Assembly: GCF_009914755.1 (NCBI RefSeq)
Contig: NC_060947.1
Length of the DNA stretch: 64,000 nt
Direction: 5' to 3' (one strand)
DNA from: the human T2T-CHM13v2.0 reference genome, Homo sapiens
Numbering within the stretch: position 1 is the stretch's first letter; every line of letters begins with the position of its first letter. A model generated the notes under the pieces. That model saw nothing but the letters and a program-made list of their open reading frames with translations, searched no databases and was not told where the DNA came from. Both the position numbers and the translations under genes were made by a program. Shown here one piece after another: positions 1-15,399 of this stretch.

Positions 1-343
1 AAAAGTTGATCTCATGGAAGTAGAGAGTAGAATAGTGGTTAATAGAGACTGAGAAGGGTGGGTGGGAGAATGAAGAGAGGTTAACAGGTGCAAACATATA
101 GTTAGATAGAAGGAAAAACTTCTAGTGTTCAATAGCACCGGAAGGTGACTATAGTTAAGGAGAATTGACTGTATATGGCAAAATAGCTAGAAAAGAGTTA
201 AAATGCTCCCAACACAAATAAATGATACATTTTTGAGGTGATGGATATCCTAAATACCCCAATATTGTCATTACACATTGTATGCATGTATCAAAATAAC
301 ACACATGCCCAATAAAATGTACAATTATTATTTATCAAAAAAA
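1..343 (+). mobile_element. L1MA-type LINE-1 3' UTR, 5' part outside the window
   Basis: Matches the L1MA 3' UTR (tagttagatagaagg...ttctagtgttc...gaggtgatggatatcctaaataccc) and ends in an A-run. Confidence 0.85.
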
Positions 344-664
344 AGGTTCGTACAAGAATACTTATTCATAGTAGCTATCTTTTTGAGCAAGGGCCATCTG
401 TTGCCAATTATCACCAAGAGTAGAAGTCTGAACACTTTATAAAAAAACTATCACTAAAACAATGCTTCTGAATTCACAGATACAGTTGCTTAGAACAGGC
501 TGGCCTAGGTATTGAAGTAAAAATGTATATTGACTTAAAGTAAAACATAAAGTAAGCAATCATAGCGATGGTATGCGACATGAGAAAATTGTGAAAGTGG
601 CCATGGAATAGCTGAATTTTGAGAAATATTTCTAAACCTAGAAGGAAACTTAGAATCTAGTTAA

Positions 665-1365
665 TTATTCACTTATCCACTCAACACCTATTTACTGAGC
701 CGATGCTTTGTATCAGGCATTGTGTTAGGCACAAGCGCCAGAGGTTAGGTGTGCAAATAGAAACACAATTCATCTTGACACTCACAACCCTCACTTTAGT
801 ACATCAAGGATATGTGAACAAATATTTATAATAAAACACAGGAAATTCTACAAAAGCGCGTTGAACAAATTGTCTCGGAGAAACTAAAAGGAAGACTAAC
901 ACTTGTGGGAACTGGGAAAACTTCATAGTGTAATTGCTGCTTGAGTTGAGTCTTGAAAAATGAATGATTTTAAATAGTCAAAGAGGGAGGCAGAAGGAGT
1001 AGTATGAGTGGGTGAAAAGTTGCACCCTTTGGAAAAGTATGTGTTTTTTGTGGATAATAACCTGAAGTTTGGGGTTGTTGGAACATATAATATTGGAGTG
1101 GTGGAGAGGAGCAGAGGTGAGGCTGAAAGGGAGGCAGGGACCAGGTTGGGAAGGGACTTTGGTGCCATGTCAGTGAGATGCAGACCATGGTGAGAAGGCC
1201 AAGGATAATTAAAGAATTTACTTAGAGATATACCATGATTAAATTTACATATTTAAAACTTATTCTAGCATAGAGATTGAATTACATTAGGGCAAGACTG
1301 GAAGCAAGGAAACTTGTCAGAAGGCTGGTTCAGGTAAGAAATAAGTTCAGATAAGAAATAATGGT
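665..1365 (-). mobile_element. L2 LINE relic
   Basis: L2 3'-end motif (cactcaacacctatttactgagc...caggcattgtgttaggc) and internal L2-like segments; highly diverged. Confidence 0.6.
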
Positions 1366-1371
1366 GGCATA

Positions 1372-1680
<309 letters not shown>

Positions 1681-1784
1681 AATGGTGGCAAGGGGATATA
1701 CTTTTATTTCTTATCAAACTGGAGTAATAGGAATTGAATTTACCCATGCATTTTAAACTACCAAAAATTACAAATAAAGGGTAT

Positions 1785-2056
1785 CTATAAAAAATCAACA
1801 GGGTTAGATAGAATAAATTAGATCTAGTATTTGATAGCACAACAGGATGACTATAGTCAACAATAATTTACTGTACATTTAAAAATAACTAAAAGTGTAT
1901 AATTGGAATATTTGCAACATAAAGAAAGATAAATACTTGAGGTGATGGATAACCCACTTACCCTGATGTGATTATTATCCACTATATGCCTGTATCAAAA
2001 TATCACATGTACTCCATGAATATATATACCTACTATGTACCCATAAAGATTAAAAG
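1785..2056 (+). mobile_element. L1MA2/3-like 3' end
   Basis: gatctagtatttgatagcacaacagg...cctgatgtgattatt...acctactatgtaccc, typical of the L1MA 3' terminus. Confidence 0.8.
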
Positions 2057-2465
2057 TACTCAATAGCTGATATAACAGTTAATGGAGAAAGATTAAGTGC
2101 TTTCTACTTGAGATCAGAAAGAAGACAAGGATGTACATTCTCCCCACTTCTCTTCTATTCAACCTTCAAATGGAGGTTCTAGCCAATTAAATAAGGCAAG
2201 ATAAAAAAATAAAAGACACATTAAAAAGAAGGAAGGAAAACTATCTTTATTCACAGAGGCATGCCAATATATGTAGAGAGTGCAGTCATGCAAAGGAAAG
2301 TGCAAGAAAACAACTGGAATTATTTCATAAACTTATCAAGATTACAGGATATAAGATCAATATATAGAAATCAATTGTATTTCCATATGCTAGCAATGAA
2401 CTATAAGAAATGGTAATAAAAAGAAAATTTACAATAGCTTTGAAAATATTAAATAGTTAGGGATA

Positions 2466-2781
<316 letters not shown>

Positions 2782-4363
2782 TTAAGGATAAATCTGACAA
2801 AAGGGTTGAATACTGAAAAACTTGAAAAATGTGTGAATTAGAACATAGCAGGATGTTAAAAAAAGAATTACATATTGAAAATTTCAAAAAGTTTCTAAGA
2901 GAAATAAAAGATCTAAAAAATAGAGAGCTATAATCTGCTGATAGGTTAGAAGATACAATATTATTAACGTGCCAATTCTCTCCACATTGACTTATATATT
3001 TAAAGTAATTCAGATAAAAATTCCAGCAGGGTTTTTTTTTTTTCGTAAAAATGTATGAGCTGATTATAAATTTGATGTGGAAATGTAAAGGACATAGGAA
3101 TAGGCAAAACAAATCTGAATATAAAAAACAAAGCTAGAGAATTAACGCTATCTGATTTCAAGATTTATTATAAAGCTACAGCAATCAAAACAGTGATATT
3201 GATATAAAGTAGACCAAAGGAACAGAATAGAGAATCCGGAAGTGGTCCCACACATATATGAACAATAGATTTTCTACAAATGTGAAAAGACAACTTAGTA
3301 GAGAAAGATTGCCTTTTCAACAAACAGCACTGAAACAACTGAATATCAAAACCTGCAAAAAAGAACTTTTATCCATACATTGCATTATGTACAAAAATTA
3401 CCTCAAAATGGGTCATAGAGCTAAATATAAAAACTAAAACTGTAAAAATTTCCAGAAGGAAATATAAAAGAATATCGTTGTGACTTAGGTTTAGAAAAAA
3501 TGTTTCTACATGGTCACATGCATGGTGAAAAGCTAGATCTATGAAAAATAAATTGATAAATTGGATTGTATCAAAGTTAAAAACTTTGGTTTTCCCAAAG
3601 GTGCTGTTAAGAGAATGAGAATACAAGCCAAAGGTTGGAATAGAAAATTTGCAAAATAAATAGTTGGTAAAGGAATTAAATATACAATTTCTAAATAATT
3701 CTCAAATCTCAATAATTAGGAAACAAACTGGAATTAAAAACAAGAGGAAAATATTTGAACAGACACATCATCAAATAAGAAACATAAATGGCAAATAAAT
3801 AAGGAAATAATGTTTGATGTAACTAGTCGTTAGAGAAATGCAAGTTACAGATAGAATAAGAACACTGCACATTTACTGGAGTGGATAAAATTTAAAAGAC
3901 TGACCATACTAAGTGTTGAAAAACATATGGCAAAAGTGACATTTTCATACACTCATGGTGGGAGTGTAAAATGGTACTTTGCAAAATACTCTAGAAAATA
4001 ATTTGTTAGTTTCTTAGAAAGTTAAAGATACCCACCATATATCAAGTCATTCCATTCCTTTGTATTTACCCAATAAATGAAAGCATATGTTGATAAAATA
4101 CTGTACCTGAATGCTCATAGCATCTTTATTTTTAATAATCCCAACTGGAAACAACCCAAGAGTCCATCAGCATGTGAATGGATAACCAAATTGTGGTATG
4201 TCTATACAATGGAATACTACTAAGCAATAAAACAGAATGAATTATTTATATCCTAAAAACATACTTGAATTTCTAAATAATTTTTCTGTGAAAGAAACTA
4301 GAAAAAAGCATACATAGTTATATGAGTCCATTTGTATAAAAGCCTAGGAAATGCAAACTAAAA

Positions 4364-4808
4364 GTATTAATTTTCTAGGGCTGCCATAATGAAGTACCAT
4401 AAAATGACTGGCTTAAACAACAGAAATTTATTGTCTCACAGTTCTGGAGGTTAGTAATATGAGATTAAGGTGTGGGCAGGTTGGTTCCTTCTGGGGGATG
4501 TGAGGAAGCATCGGTTGCATGTTTCTCCACTAGTTTCTGGTGGTTTGCTGGCAATCTTTGGTGTTCCTTTGTGTGTAGAAGGGTTACCCTGATCTCTGCC
4601 TTAATTGTCACATGGCATTTTCCTGTGTGTGCTTCTGTGTCCAAATTTCCCTTTTTGTAATGTAAGTCATAATGGATTAAGGCCCACCATAATCTTAACT
4701 TGATTATCTCTGTGAAGATCAGATTTCCAAATAGGGTCACATTCTGACGTTCTAGAATTAGGAATTTGATATATACATTTTTGGGGGGACACAGTTTAAC
4801 CCATGACA
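4364..4808 (-). mobile_element. MaLR solo LTR (MLT1B/C)
   Basis: Reverse strand starts tgtcatgggttaaactgtgtcccccc; the plus strand contains ggcttaaacaacagaaatttattgtctcacagttctggagg. Confidence 0.9.
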
Positions 4809-5039
4809 CTAATATATCATGACAGAAAGTAAACTAGTGGTAGGAATGTGGGCACGTGTAAAGGAGTGGGAAGAAAGTGGCATGAGAAAACTTGGGATTG
4901 GTGGACATGTTCATTATTTTTATTATGGTAATATTTCAACTGGTGTATTATATATAAAAAAGTATTCAGTTATACACTTTAAATATGTGCAATTTATTAT
5001 ATGTCAATTGGAGCTTAATAAAACTGTTTAAGAAAATCC

Positions 5040-5325
5040 CACCAGGTGCAATGGCTCATGCCTGTAGTCCCAGCACTTTGGGAGGCTGAGGTGGGCAGAT
5101 TGCTTGAGCTCAGGAATCTGAGACCAGCTTGGGAAATGTGGCAAAACCCCATCTCTACAAAAAGTACAAAAATTAGCCAGGCGTCCTGGTGCGTGCCTGT
5201 AGTCCCAGCTACTTGGGAAACTGAGGTGGGAGAATCTCTTGAGCCTGAGAGGTGGAGGTGGCAGTGAACAAGCTGTGATTGCGCCATTGTACTCCAGCCA
5301 AGGTGAAAGAGAGTTACCCTGTCTC
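5040..5325 (+). mobile_element. AluJ-like
   Basis: Diverged full dimer with ttgcttgagctcagg and ctctacaaaaa. Confidence 0.92.
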
Positions 5326-5489
5326 AAAAAAGAAAGAAAAAAAAGAAAGAAAGAAGGAAAGAAAGAAAGAAGGAAAGAAAGAAAGAAAGAAAGAAAGAGA
5401 GAAAGAGAGAGAGAGAGAAAGAGAGAGAGAGAGGAAGGAAGGAAGGAAAGAAGGAAGGAAGGAAAGAAGGAAGGAAGGAAGGAAGGAAA
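5326..5489 (+). repeat. Compound purine microsatellite (GAAA)n-(GA)n-(GGAA)n derived from the Alu tail
   Basis: 164 consecutive purines directly after the Alu 3' end. Confidence 0.97.
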
Positions 5490-5524
5490 TTCTACACTGT
5501 ACTAAAACAAAAATCTTAGAATGA

Positions 5525-5990
5525 ATCATTGGTTTCTGGCTTGTGTTTATTAATGGCGGTTACTGTTTCATATTAAAGAAAAGCCCAAAAGGGGATTAAT
5601 TTGGAATGGAAATAAGAGCTGATGGATTCAACTTCAGACATGTTGACTTACTTGGATATTTTTGTGGAACAAACAATTGGGGATGTCCAGTAGACAGTTT
5701 AATGGGTCTGAAGTTTGGAAATGAGCTCTTGGCTGCATATAGGAGTCAGTTGTGTGTTGGTGGTATTTAAAACCATAGCATAAATTAGAACACATAGAGC
5801 AAGAGCATGGTACTAAAAAATGAGAACGAAAAGAACAACATATTTAAGGGATATGCAAGGTAAGAAGAGCCATTAAAGGAGATAAAGAAGGACTTTTCAG
5901 AATGAGATGCAGAGAACCAAAGGGAATGATATCACGGAAATCAAAGTAACAATTCCCAGGAGGAGAGTGTGATAATTTGTGTTAATTACT
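5525..5990 (-). mobile_element. L2 relic
   Basis: ggtttctggcttg, ttcagacatgttga, gatgtccagtagacagtt, ggtatttaaaaccat. Confidence 0.55.
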
Positions 5991-8009
5991 CTAAAGAAAT
6001 TATGTGTGAGGTTGAGAATTGTACAGTAATGGATCCAAATACTAAAACTAGTAAGATAAATGTGGGCCACCATGATCCCTGCCTTCATGGATTTTGTAAG
6101 TGAGTTTAAGAATAGACAAAGCAGTCAGAAAACATTCTATAAATCCATAGAGAACTGCATTAAGTACAGGGGTTCTGACAACAAATGAGATATTTTCAAA
6201 CTTTTGGATTTACAATAAATATGTAATAGTTTAATCTCTCTCTCTCCTAAAATACTCTTTGTTCTAAGAGGGTCTGTAAAAGATCATTTGCTTTTTGCTT
6301 CTGCTTCCAGATGATTTCCTAAATCTCAGAGGGATTTATTTTTAACCCATTCTATCACAGATGTGTAGTGAGCTGAACTGTTCATCAGCTCACTGTTGAA
6401 GCAAAAAAATAGAAGCAGCCTGAGGTGGGAGTCCTGGAAAGGCATAGACAGGATGTTGAAATTCAAGATGTGGAGCCAAAATGAAGCTGAAGATTGGTCA
6501 GTCTCAGCTACCAGTCTTGCAGAGAAGGAGATGACAAATTGGAGCATGGTCAAAGAGTCAAAGGTTGTGGGCAAGCCTGTGGCCCAAGTTAGCAGGGGTT
6601 TTGGAGGAAGCTCAACAAGAGAATTTGGAACAGTTACAAGTGTCTGTAGATGGAATCCTGCTGTGGTGCTGGTAGTGATAGTGGTGGTGAGGTTCCTCTG
6701 CCAACATTGAACATAAAATTTTCTAAAATTTTGCGTATGTCATTACCTTTCTCTGTCTCCACTGAAGAAAGGCTTGAGATCTGAGAAGACAGCAAGGGTG
6801 AAGACTGCCATGATAACTGAGGATTGCAGAGGTTGCTCCTTCCCATTGAATATATATTACTAAAATTCCCTATAGCCAGCAGGTAATCCTCACATCTCCA
6901 CCATGATAGAAACAGAGCACAAAGCTGCCCACTGTTCATTGAGATCCTGTTTATTTGGGAAAAGGAGGGTTCCTTCTAGGAATGGGGAGTAGTGCCAAAA
7001 TCAGAGTTCACCTAGATCAATAATGCCAGCTATGAGGAATGGTTCTAGGAAAGCAATTTTCATGATAAGTAGAAAAAATACAGATAGCATGAAGTTCCTG
7101 GTGTTCTGACAGTAGGAAAGAAGGTTCTACTATCCCTGCCCCTAAGTGTTTGTAATTTTTTCCCCCAAAATGTTGCTCCCTGGAGTGCATACTTAGAAAA
7201 ATTTCAAAATGCTTGTGTTTTGGCTTTGGAAAAGAATCAAACCAGTTTGGCAAAGATCTATACTCAGGGAGTCACAATGATGGTGCAATGAAAATCATGT
7301 TCCTACTTGCTGAAAGCATCACTGAAATGTGCATTCTTGTAGAGCAGCCCAGGAAAAAAGGGATACTGGATGGCTTCCCCATACTCGTCCCAATTTAGGC
7401 TGTGTGCAGGCATCATGATTGCATTAGAAATATGCAAATGCTACAGCCCAAGTGTTCTACATATGTTTCCAGCACAAATCCTGAAAACAAAAAGGGAGAT
7501 AAAGGAAAAGCAAGAAGTCAAATTGGAGAGTTTCAATAGTGTCTTACATGCATCCCGACTTTCCATACTTGGGAGTTGAAGGTTATGGACTCTACCAATG
7601 AGAAATTCCAGTGATAGTTTTTTAATATCCTAGAGACAAAAAACAGCCTTAACCCCAGAGGTTATGTGTTTTAAAAGATCAAAGCACTAGGTGAAGTTTG
7701 CAGAGGCCTACAAATTCATGGAGACATAGAGAAGGATAGACAAAGGAAAAGATAGTTGTGATTTAAGGGCATGCTTAGGAATGGTGGCACACAATTGGCC
7801 ACAGAACGCAGCTATGCTCTATTCTGAGTCTGAGTAATACTATGGAGTATGTGCAGCTAGAATCATGCCCATAATAAGCAAAAAGATTTTGTCCATTATT
7901 CCTCACTTTCTTTTTGGCCTGCTTAGAAGAGTTCCACAGTTTAAATATATATATAAAGCTGCCTATTTCTTCCTGTTGTCTGAGAGACCACTTGTTTTAA
8001 AGGATACCT

Positions 8010-8353
<344 letters not shown>

Positions 8354-9329
8354 TCAACAAGTTTCTTACACAAATTGATGTTTTTTAAACAGAAAACCTA
8401 TGAGCTAATCATATAAAATAATTATAGTTTTACAAGCAGTAAGATCATTAAAGGGGTTTGTTTATAATGAACAAACTTTTTAGAATTTTTGTAATATTTT
8501 GGTGTTTTGCTGGAAAGAAACACCTTAGCAAACTTGTTTCGTGTAAAGAGGGTAAGTATTTAAATTTAGCAACATCTGACATTTTTTTTCATTCAGACAT
8601 CTGCCACCTTTTAATGTTCTTGACCTTCAGCTAAAAAAGGATAAGATGGAAAAAAATGAGGACTATTTCATTCTCTGTATCCTGAGTCTGAAAGTGCATA
8701 AGAGGAGAGATAATAGTTTAATAGGCAACTATGAGCAGAAAAATAAAACATTGTGACACAGAAATGAAAGGATAATTAAAATAATTTTTATTAGAGGCCC
8801 ACTATGATTGGAAATAGCATCAAAGTGCATATAAGCAAACATTTTTGTTTGCATTCACAAATCAAGTTTGCTTCTAATACTTTCTAATTGGATATTATAG
8901 GCCAAATGTAGTTATTCAAATGAAGTTTTGTGACAGAAAAATAGTAGTTTTAATGTCCATTTGATATTTTCTAAAATAAAAATGATTATTAAGTTAGAAA
9001 ATAATCAAATAAATGCTATTACTTTAAAAATTCAGATAGTATGGAGGTACAGGGAAAATACAATATTATCAATAATCCAGTGTTTATCCTACCACTATTT
9101 ACATTTTGGATTCTTTTAGGAATCTCTCCATGTCAAAATACATAGTCATTCTTATTATAAAATAGGATCACACTGTATCTACTATTTTATAATTTTATCT
9201 TTAACCTAACAATATCTTATATATAACTTTATTTGCCAATGAACAATTCTACATTATCCAACCAAACAAAAAGCTCATTGATAACTTTATATAGCCACAA
9301 GTTCCAGCTTCCTATTATGGTTTACACAA

Positions 9330-9546
9330 ACCTCTGCCTAGCTCTCCTGCAACATTCAGCTTTTCAAAACAACTTAAAGGTTTTATGTCTCTGAGCCTTT
9401 GCATCTGCTAGTGCTTTTATCTGGAATGCTCTTTCCTACTCCTTTTTCACTTGGAAATCATTGGGCTTCATATGTCTTTGCATCTCCACGGCCCAGCATA
9501 TAACGCCTATTGAGTGTATGTTACATGAATAAGTGAATGAATGAAA
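9330..9546 (+). mobile_element. L2 3' fragment
   Basis: gcctttgcatctgct...ctggaatgctctt and terminal gaataagtgaatgaatgaa. Confidence 0.55.
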
Positions 9547-10039
9547 TTTAATTATAAGAAAATTAGGGTAAAATTTGCAATTTCTGTGGTAAATTAGAGA
9601 TCCAAGCAGGTAGCAATTTATAGACAAGGGAAGATAGAGGCCACTAAGAGCATATGCGGCTGGTCTAGAGAACCAGGTGGACATAGTTTCATTGTAGCTG
9701 TTACTCATTTGAAGGCTATAATGTACTCTAAAGTAATTTTGAAGAATTTAACATGGGAGACCTAGCCGAAGAAAATATTTCACTTAATGAGTCCATCAGC
9801 TAGATAATGAGAATGAGATTCTCAGTTTGCAATTTTTTGCTAATCTTCAGAATCAGCTTGAGTTTTCTTCCAGAGGATACCTAATTTTTAAAAAACACAT
9901 CTTTTTTCTCAAAATTAGGCCTAATTGGTAATTGGTTTGATACTGCTCTATTGTTAGACTTGCAGACATTGAAAGACCAATCTTTCTTGTTAGAATTGTA
10001 AATTGGTTGGTCACGATAGGCTTAATCTGGGAAAGTAAC

Positions 10040-10290
10040 ATTAGAGGATACTTGAAGAGAAGAGAGAGTTAACCATGTATGTATTTAGGCAAAAAATATT
10101 CCAGATAAGGGTACAGTTAATGCATAGGTCCCAAGGCTAGGTCATGCCTGAATTATTCATTAAATAGTAAAAAGGCCAGTATGGCTAGAACACAAAGAAC
10201 AAGGGGTTGAGTGTCAGGAAATGAGGTCAGAAAGATTGAGTAGACTATCATGCAGGGCTTTTTAGGCTGCTGTAAGGTCTTTGGAATGAT
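10040..10290 (-). mobile_element. L2 fragment
   Basis: attccagataagggtacag...aaggccagtatggctagaac...atcatgcagggctt. Confidence 0.6.
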
Positions 10291-12627
10291 TGGAGAGTAA
10301 GCTTCTGGAAGACAAGAGTCTGCTCATATGAATCCCTTATTGCCTATTCCCAGTGCCTGATACAAAAAGATATTCAATGTGTTCTTGTCTTATAAATGAA
10401 TGACAGTTACCTCCTCTCAGGGAGTTCTTTTATTTCCTGGTTAGAGACAGATTAGTAAAAATATATAATGTAATATGCTTTAGGTTGTAGAGTATTATTA
10501 TTATTACAGTTTTACTAGAAAAGAGACTGATGCCCAAAAGAGTTTTACTAGTCTAGTAGTCTTAAACTTTTAGAAGCAGATTTTTTCTCTTGAAACAAAA
10601 TTTGTATAAAAATAAATGTACAAAATAGATCAAATGGAGATGTCTTTAAGGAAAGATGATGGAATTGACATTTCGTCTCACTTTTTTCCTCTGAGGTCAT
10701 CCTAGAGAAATTGCCAAAGATTTTAGGTGGTGCTATACCATGATGTTATATCGTTTGGTATAAAGAATCACAAAGTGGTCTCTTGGCAAAGAGCTGTCAT
10801 TGGGATGTGGGTTGTTCCTGAGAAGTGCGTTTGTACACCTATGTTCATTAGATGGACTGAAGACCTGGGCAAGAACAAGGAGATATGACTAAACATATTA
10901 TTAGGAACAAAAGGCATTTCTATCTCTGAGTTTCCACATAGAATTTTTTGCGTGCCCAGGGCTCTCAAGTTCATCCCGTCTATGGTAGTGCCACAGACAG
11001 ATTAATGTATCTCAGTGTGGCCAAGTTATCCTGTTATGTCCACTTTTGCCATCTCTGCTTTGTTATCTTGTGGATTTTCTAGACTCTGATACTTGTACCT
11101 GGTGGTTGGATTTTGACATTGTTACTGGGGGATTTAACCTTGTTAATGCTACTCATGTTGATGGCCCTGTCCATGCCTTCTTATTTGTCTCCGGCTGTGT
11201 TACCAGAGATGTTACTTTCTTGTAGAAAGAGTAAGAGTATCTTTCCACCAAAATTTAAAACCTTACTAGGCTCCCTAAAGAATGAGGAGAGACTTTCTTC
11301 CAGTTTGCTATATCATCTAAGTAAATAAATTCTTTTACTGGGCTCTTGTAAAAAGTGGCTTTGCTACCTTCATTTCTTATAGGAATATCTCTTGAGGAAG
11401 TTAGGAAAAGAGGTCCCTGGACTAAACATTTGCATGATACAACATACTATCAACCCAAAGTGATCTTCCCAGACAGCAATAAACTCCTGAGGTGTTAAGT
11501 TTATCTTATTCTCCTTTCAGTTCTACAGTTAAAATTCCAGTGTACTATGGTCTAACTTTTAGTGCCAAAATTTTCGTAATTACTTCCCCCCCTCCCCAAG
11601 AAGTCCCATCGAATCCTCCTATAGAAAGAAGCTTCAATGGCCTAATTTTGTGTGTCATTGTTCTGAGGATGAGTATTCTGATTATGCCCCCAGTCTGGTA
11701 TTCTCATTTCATGAAATGGATTTCATATAACCTCAAATGAAATGTAAAAGTTATGGAATACTGAATGTTGACCTCTGTGACTATTCGGCAAATGTCTCTT
11801 AGAAATCATGTAATGCTGATTTTTAAAAATTTCTTCTTTACAATGTGTTGACAAAACCCATAAAGAATATATAAATAAAATGGGAATGTAACTAGGGAAA
11901 GGGGAGAATGCCTTTCAGTAGAAAGCAAGAACTAAGTCTTCCTTCCTGTGGATAGCAATAAAATAATCTTGATCTGTTATTTTATTTGATACCCAGGCAG
12001 GCATTGAGTTCAAAAGTCACCAAACCTGATTACATTATTGAATACCCAGGTAAAGCTACAAATGATTATTATTATAAATTGTCATGAAAACACAGTACTG
12101 CTATATGATATTTTCACTTCTTTTTTTAAGAGAATGACTAATATAGATGGGACTGCTGGTGGCCCAGTAGACTAAGTCTCTGTCAGTGGTTGCTGTGCCT
12201 GCAAGAAAGCAAGCAAGTGACCAAAGGAGCACACAGTACACCTTTTTTTCCTTTAATGGTATAGCAATCCTTAAGGAAAAATAAGTACTAGACTGGCAGG
12301 CTAAGGTTAGGTGTACAACATAGAATGCACAAACTTTGTGGGGAAGAGCCAGTGGGTCCTATTTATAGGATGGTGCATCTAGAAAGAAGATGAAATTTGA
12401 TTTATCTGCCCAATGTTAGTGTGGCTGGGAGTCCACTCTTCCTCAGGTTTAATGTGTCTAAAAATTAAACAGTAACAAAGACTGGGCAAACTTTTTGGGA
12501 CAAACTTTCAAGGTCAGCAGCTTGTTGATTATGGCTGGTTCACTGTAAAATTGCCCAGTTAACTTTCTTTTCTTGTCCTATACAATGCCTTCCCATTCTT
12601 CAATTTACAGCATCCACTTAAAAAGAA

Positions 12628-12720
12628 TTCTGGACTTTAGGAAAGACTACCACTCCAGCTTTGTGACCTGAGCACTTCATTTAACCCATTGAGCCTCAGT
12701 TTCTTCACTTGTAATATGTA
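12628..12720 (+). mobile_element. MIR fragment
   Basis: Core-like tgtgacctgagcacttcatttaacccattgagcctcagtttcttcacttgtaa. Confidence 0.7.
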
Positions 12721-13873
12721 CTCACCAGTAAAAGGTAGTGTGTAAATGAGGGCTGCCTGGACTCCCCTAAAAGGAAATGACATGATTTACACCCCCTAGG
12801 TAGGAACTCAATCCTGTTTCCTGCTGTATTTCAGTGCTCGGGAGCCCTGAGAAAGTGGAAGAGGGAAGCGGGCGTTTTCAGATATTAGACTATTGACCTA
12901 GTTAACCATCTTATGAGTAAAAATATATTTGGGCATCCTACATCCTGGAGTCAAATCAAACAGAAATCTTGTCTGTTGTGCCTTCCAATTCACATTCAAA
13001 GACATAAAGACAGAGTAAGAAAAATGCTTGTGTCCAGTTATCAGAGATATAAGTGGAATTTATTTACTCTGGGGATGCCGATTATATTACTGCCCTTTCT
13101 CTACCTTGGCTTTCAGCACTGAATATCACTCTTGGACTATGGTTTTATAATAGTACTTAATTTGTATATTCCTAGAGGGCAGGAGTAAGGCCAGTGAGCC
13201 TTAATTGCAGAAATAGACATTTCACCTAAATAGTTAAAGAAGCAAGTGAACAAACAAACAAAGAACAAAAATCTTTCTAACAATTAGAGTTATGGGAAGT
13301 ACTAAGTTGGCCATTCTTGAAGGCATTAAAGAGAAGTTTGGCAGCCACTTATAGTAGAGAGAAGTTATACATCTGTTAGGGGTTCAGCCTCTCAGATCTC
13401 TTTCTATTGCATCTTCATGAAAGGCATAGTATATGAATCTGATCTTTTAAACAGATTTATTTGTTTTTGGTGAGCCTTACATAAGAAAAAGGCTATTTGC
13501 ATTAATTGGAAGACTGCTTCAATTATAAACTCCTTGCTAATCAAACAAGTTCAGTTCAGAAAGCCCTTACTGATTGCATACTTTATGCCAAACCCTGGGG
13601 AAGGCAATGCAGACGAGACAGACAGGTAAGAAATAGCTATCCCCATCCACCAAAGGCTCTCAATCTAGTAAGGAACATGCAGGCTAATATAGGCCCAACT
13701 GGAGTCCTAGAGCCTAAATAAAGATAAAATGAAGTAGTTAATTTGTTTATAATATGAACAATTTCTAATCACGTCTATGTCCATGACATTATTTCCCTTC
13801 CCTTGACTACCTCTCTTTTCCTGCTCAAAGCAAGACCTCTAGTCCCACACCCTAAAGAAAACTTTTATTAATT

Positions 13874-14195
<322 letters not shown>

Positions 14196-14239
14196 TTAAG
14201 TCTTCTGTCATTATCCTCGCTTCTAGTTCCTATGAATCG

Positions 14240-14705
14240 TGTTTGGGGTTGAATTGTATTTCCCAAAAAGATATGTTGAAGCTCTAACCCTGGCAACCTC
14301 TGAATGTGAACCTATTTGGAAATTTTGCAGTTGTAATCAAGTTAAGATGAAGTCATATTGGAGTAGGATAAGCCTTAAATTCAATATCACTGGTTTTACT
14401 TTAAGAACAGGGGAATATGTTCTCTAAGAACAGGGGAAGAGACAAACAAGGGGAACACCAAGTGAAGATGGAGACAAATATTGAAGTGATGAGTCCACAA
14501 GCCAAGGAACCCTAAGGATTACTGGCAACCACCAAAAACTAGAAAAGAAACACGGAAATGATTCCCCCTTAGAGCACCCAAAAGGAATCAGTCTTCCTCT
14601 TGATTTCAGACTGTTAGCTTCCAGAACTGTGAGAGAATAAGTTCTATTGTTTTAATCCACCAAGTTTGTGATACTTTGTTATGGCAGCCATAGGAAACTA
14701 ATACA
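14240..14705 (+). mobile_element. MaLR solo LTR (MLT1B/C)
   Basis: Starts tgtttggggttgaattgtatttcccaaaaagatatgttgaag; ends gttatggcagccataggaaactaataca. Confidence 0.9.
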
Positions 14706-14799
14706 TTAGTATACCTCTTGCCTGTATCACACGGTTTAGCACTTAAGTAGCATCTAAATTGGGCATTGACAGAAGAATATCAGCAATAGGAAAAATAGA

Positions 14800-15010
14800 T
14801 AACATTGAGCACTTACTCCATTCCATGCACTATGCTAATTCTTCTGCACACTCATTTAATTGTCAATAACAACCTTACTATGTAGAAACTATTATTGTTA
14901 TCATTTTATAGAATAAAAAACACGAAGTTGAATAACTTACCCAAAGGCTAGTGAGGGGCAAAGCTGGGACTTCAAATCAGGTCAGTTTGATCACTTTTTA
15001 TCATTATGCG
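14800..15010 (-). mobile_element. MIR
   Basis: attgagcacttact...ctcatttaat...cattttataga...aacttacccaaagg. Confidence 0.7.
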
Positions 15011-15399
15011 ACAATGCTTTCAATAATGTCTAGAAGGTAGAGAATATCTATTGGTATTTTTGCTGGTAGATCAATATTCTACCAGTTTTCAGGGAATGGT
15101 AGGTGCTCAAAACACCCTTATAATATTTATTGAAGCATTATAATAACACTACTGAATTGTTGGAATATAAAGAAAAATAAAATATCTCAAGTTCTATCAC
15201 TATCATAAAAATATTTGAGGTGCAGAGTGTTATTGCTTTCCAGTGAAATTGATGGATTCAACCTGGTGTTAGGAATTTTCATGATACAACAATGGAAGAC
15301 ACTGTCTGCCCAAAGGTAGTTGTGGCAAACAGGAAACAAATGTCTACATGGGAACAAGATATATATGGGATAGTGCAGGGTCTAGGGCATATATACATT

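Noticed and set aside
5239-5529. K/E/R-rich and S/F/L-rich ORFs
   Set aside because: These are translations of the purine microsatellite and Alu.
6367-6394. Hairpin agtgagctga-N8-tcagctcact
   Set aside because: A 10-bp stem is expected by chance about once in a window this size, and it is too short for a pre-miRNA.
6295-6890. Possible splice acceptors/donors and a 104-aa ORF (6396-6710)
   Set aside because: No recognisable protein and no consistent exon chain; it cannot be supported without transcript data.
10768-11328. Possible decayed processed pseudogene in unique sequence
   Set aside because: The translations match nothing I recognise, and there is no poly(A) or TSD.
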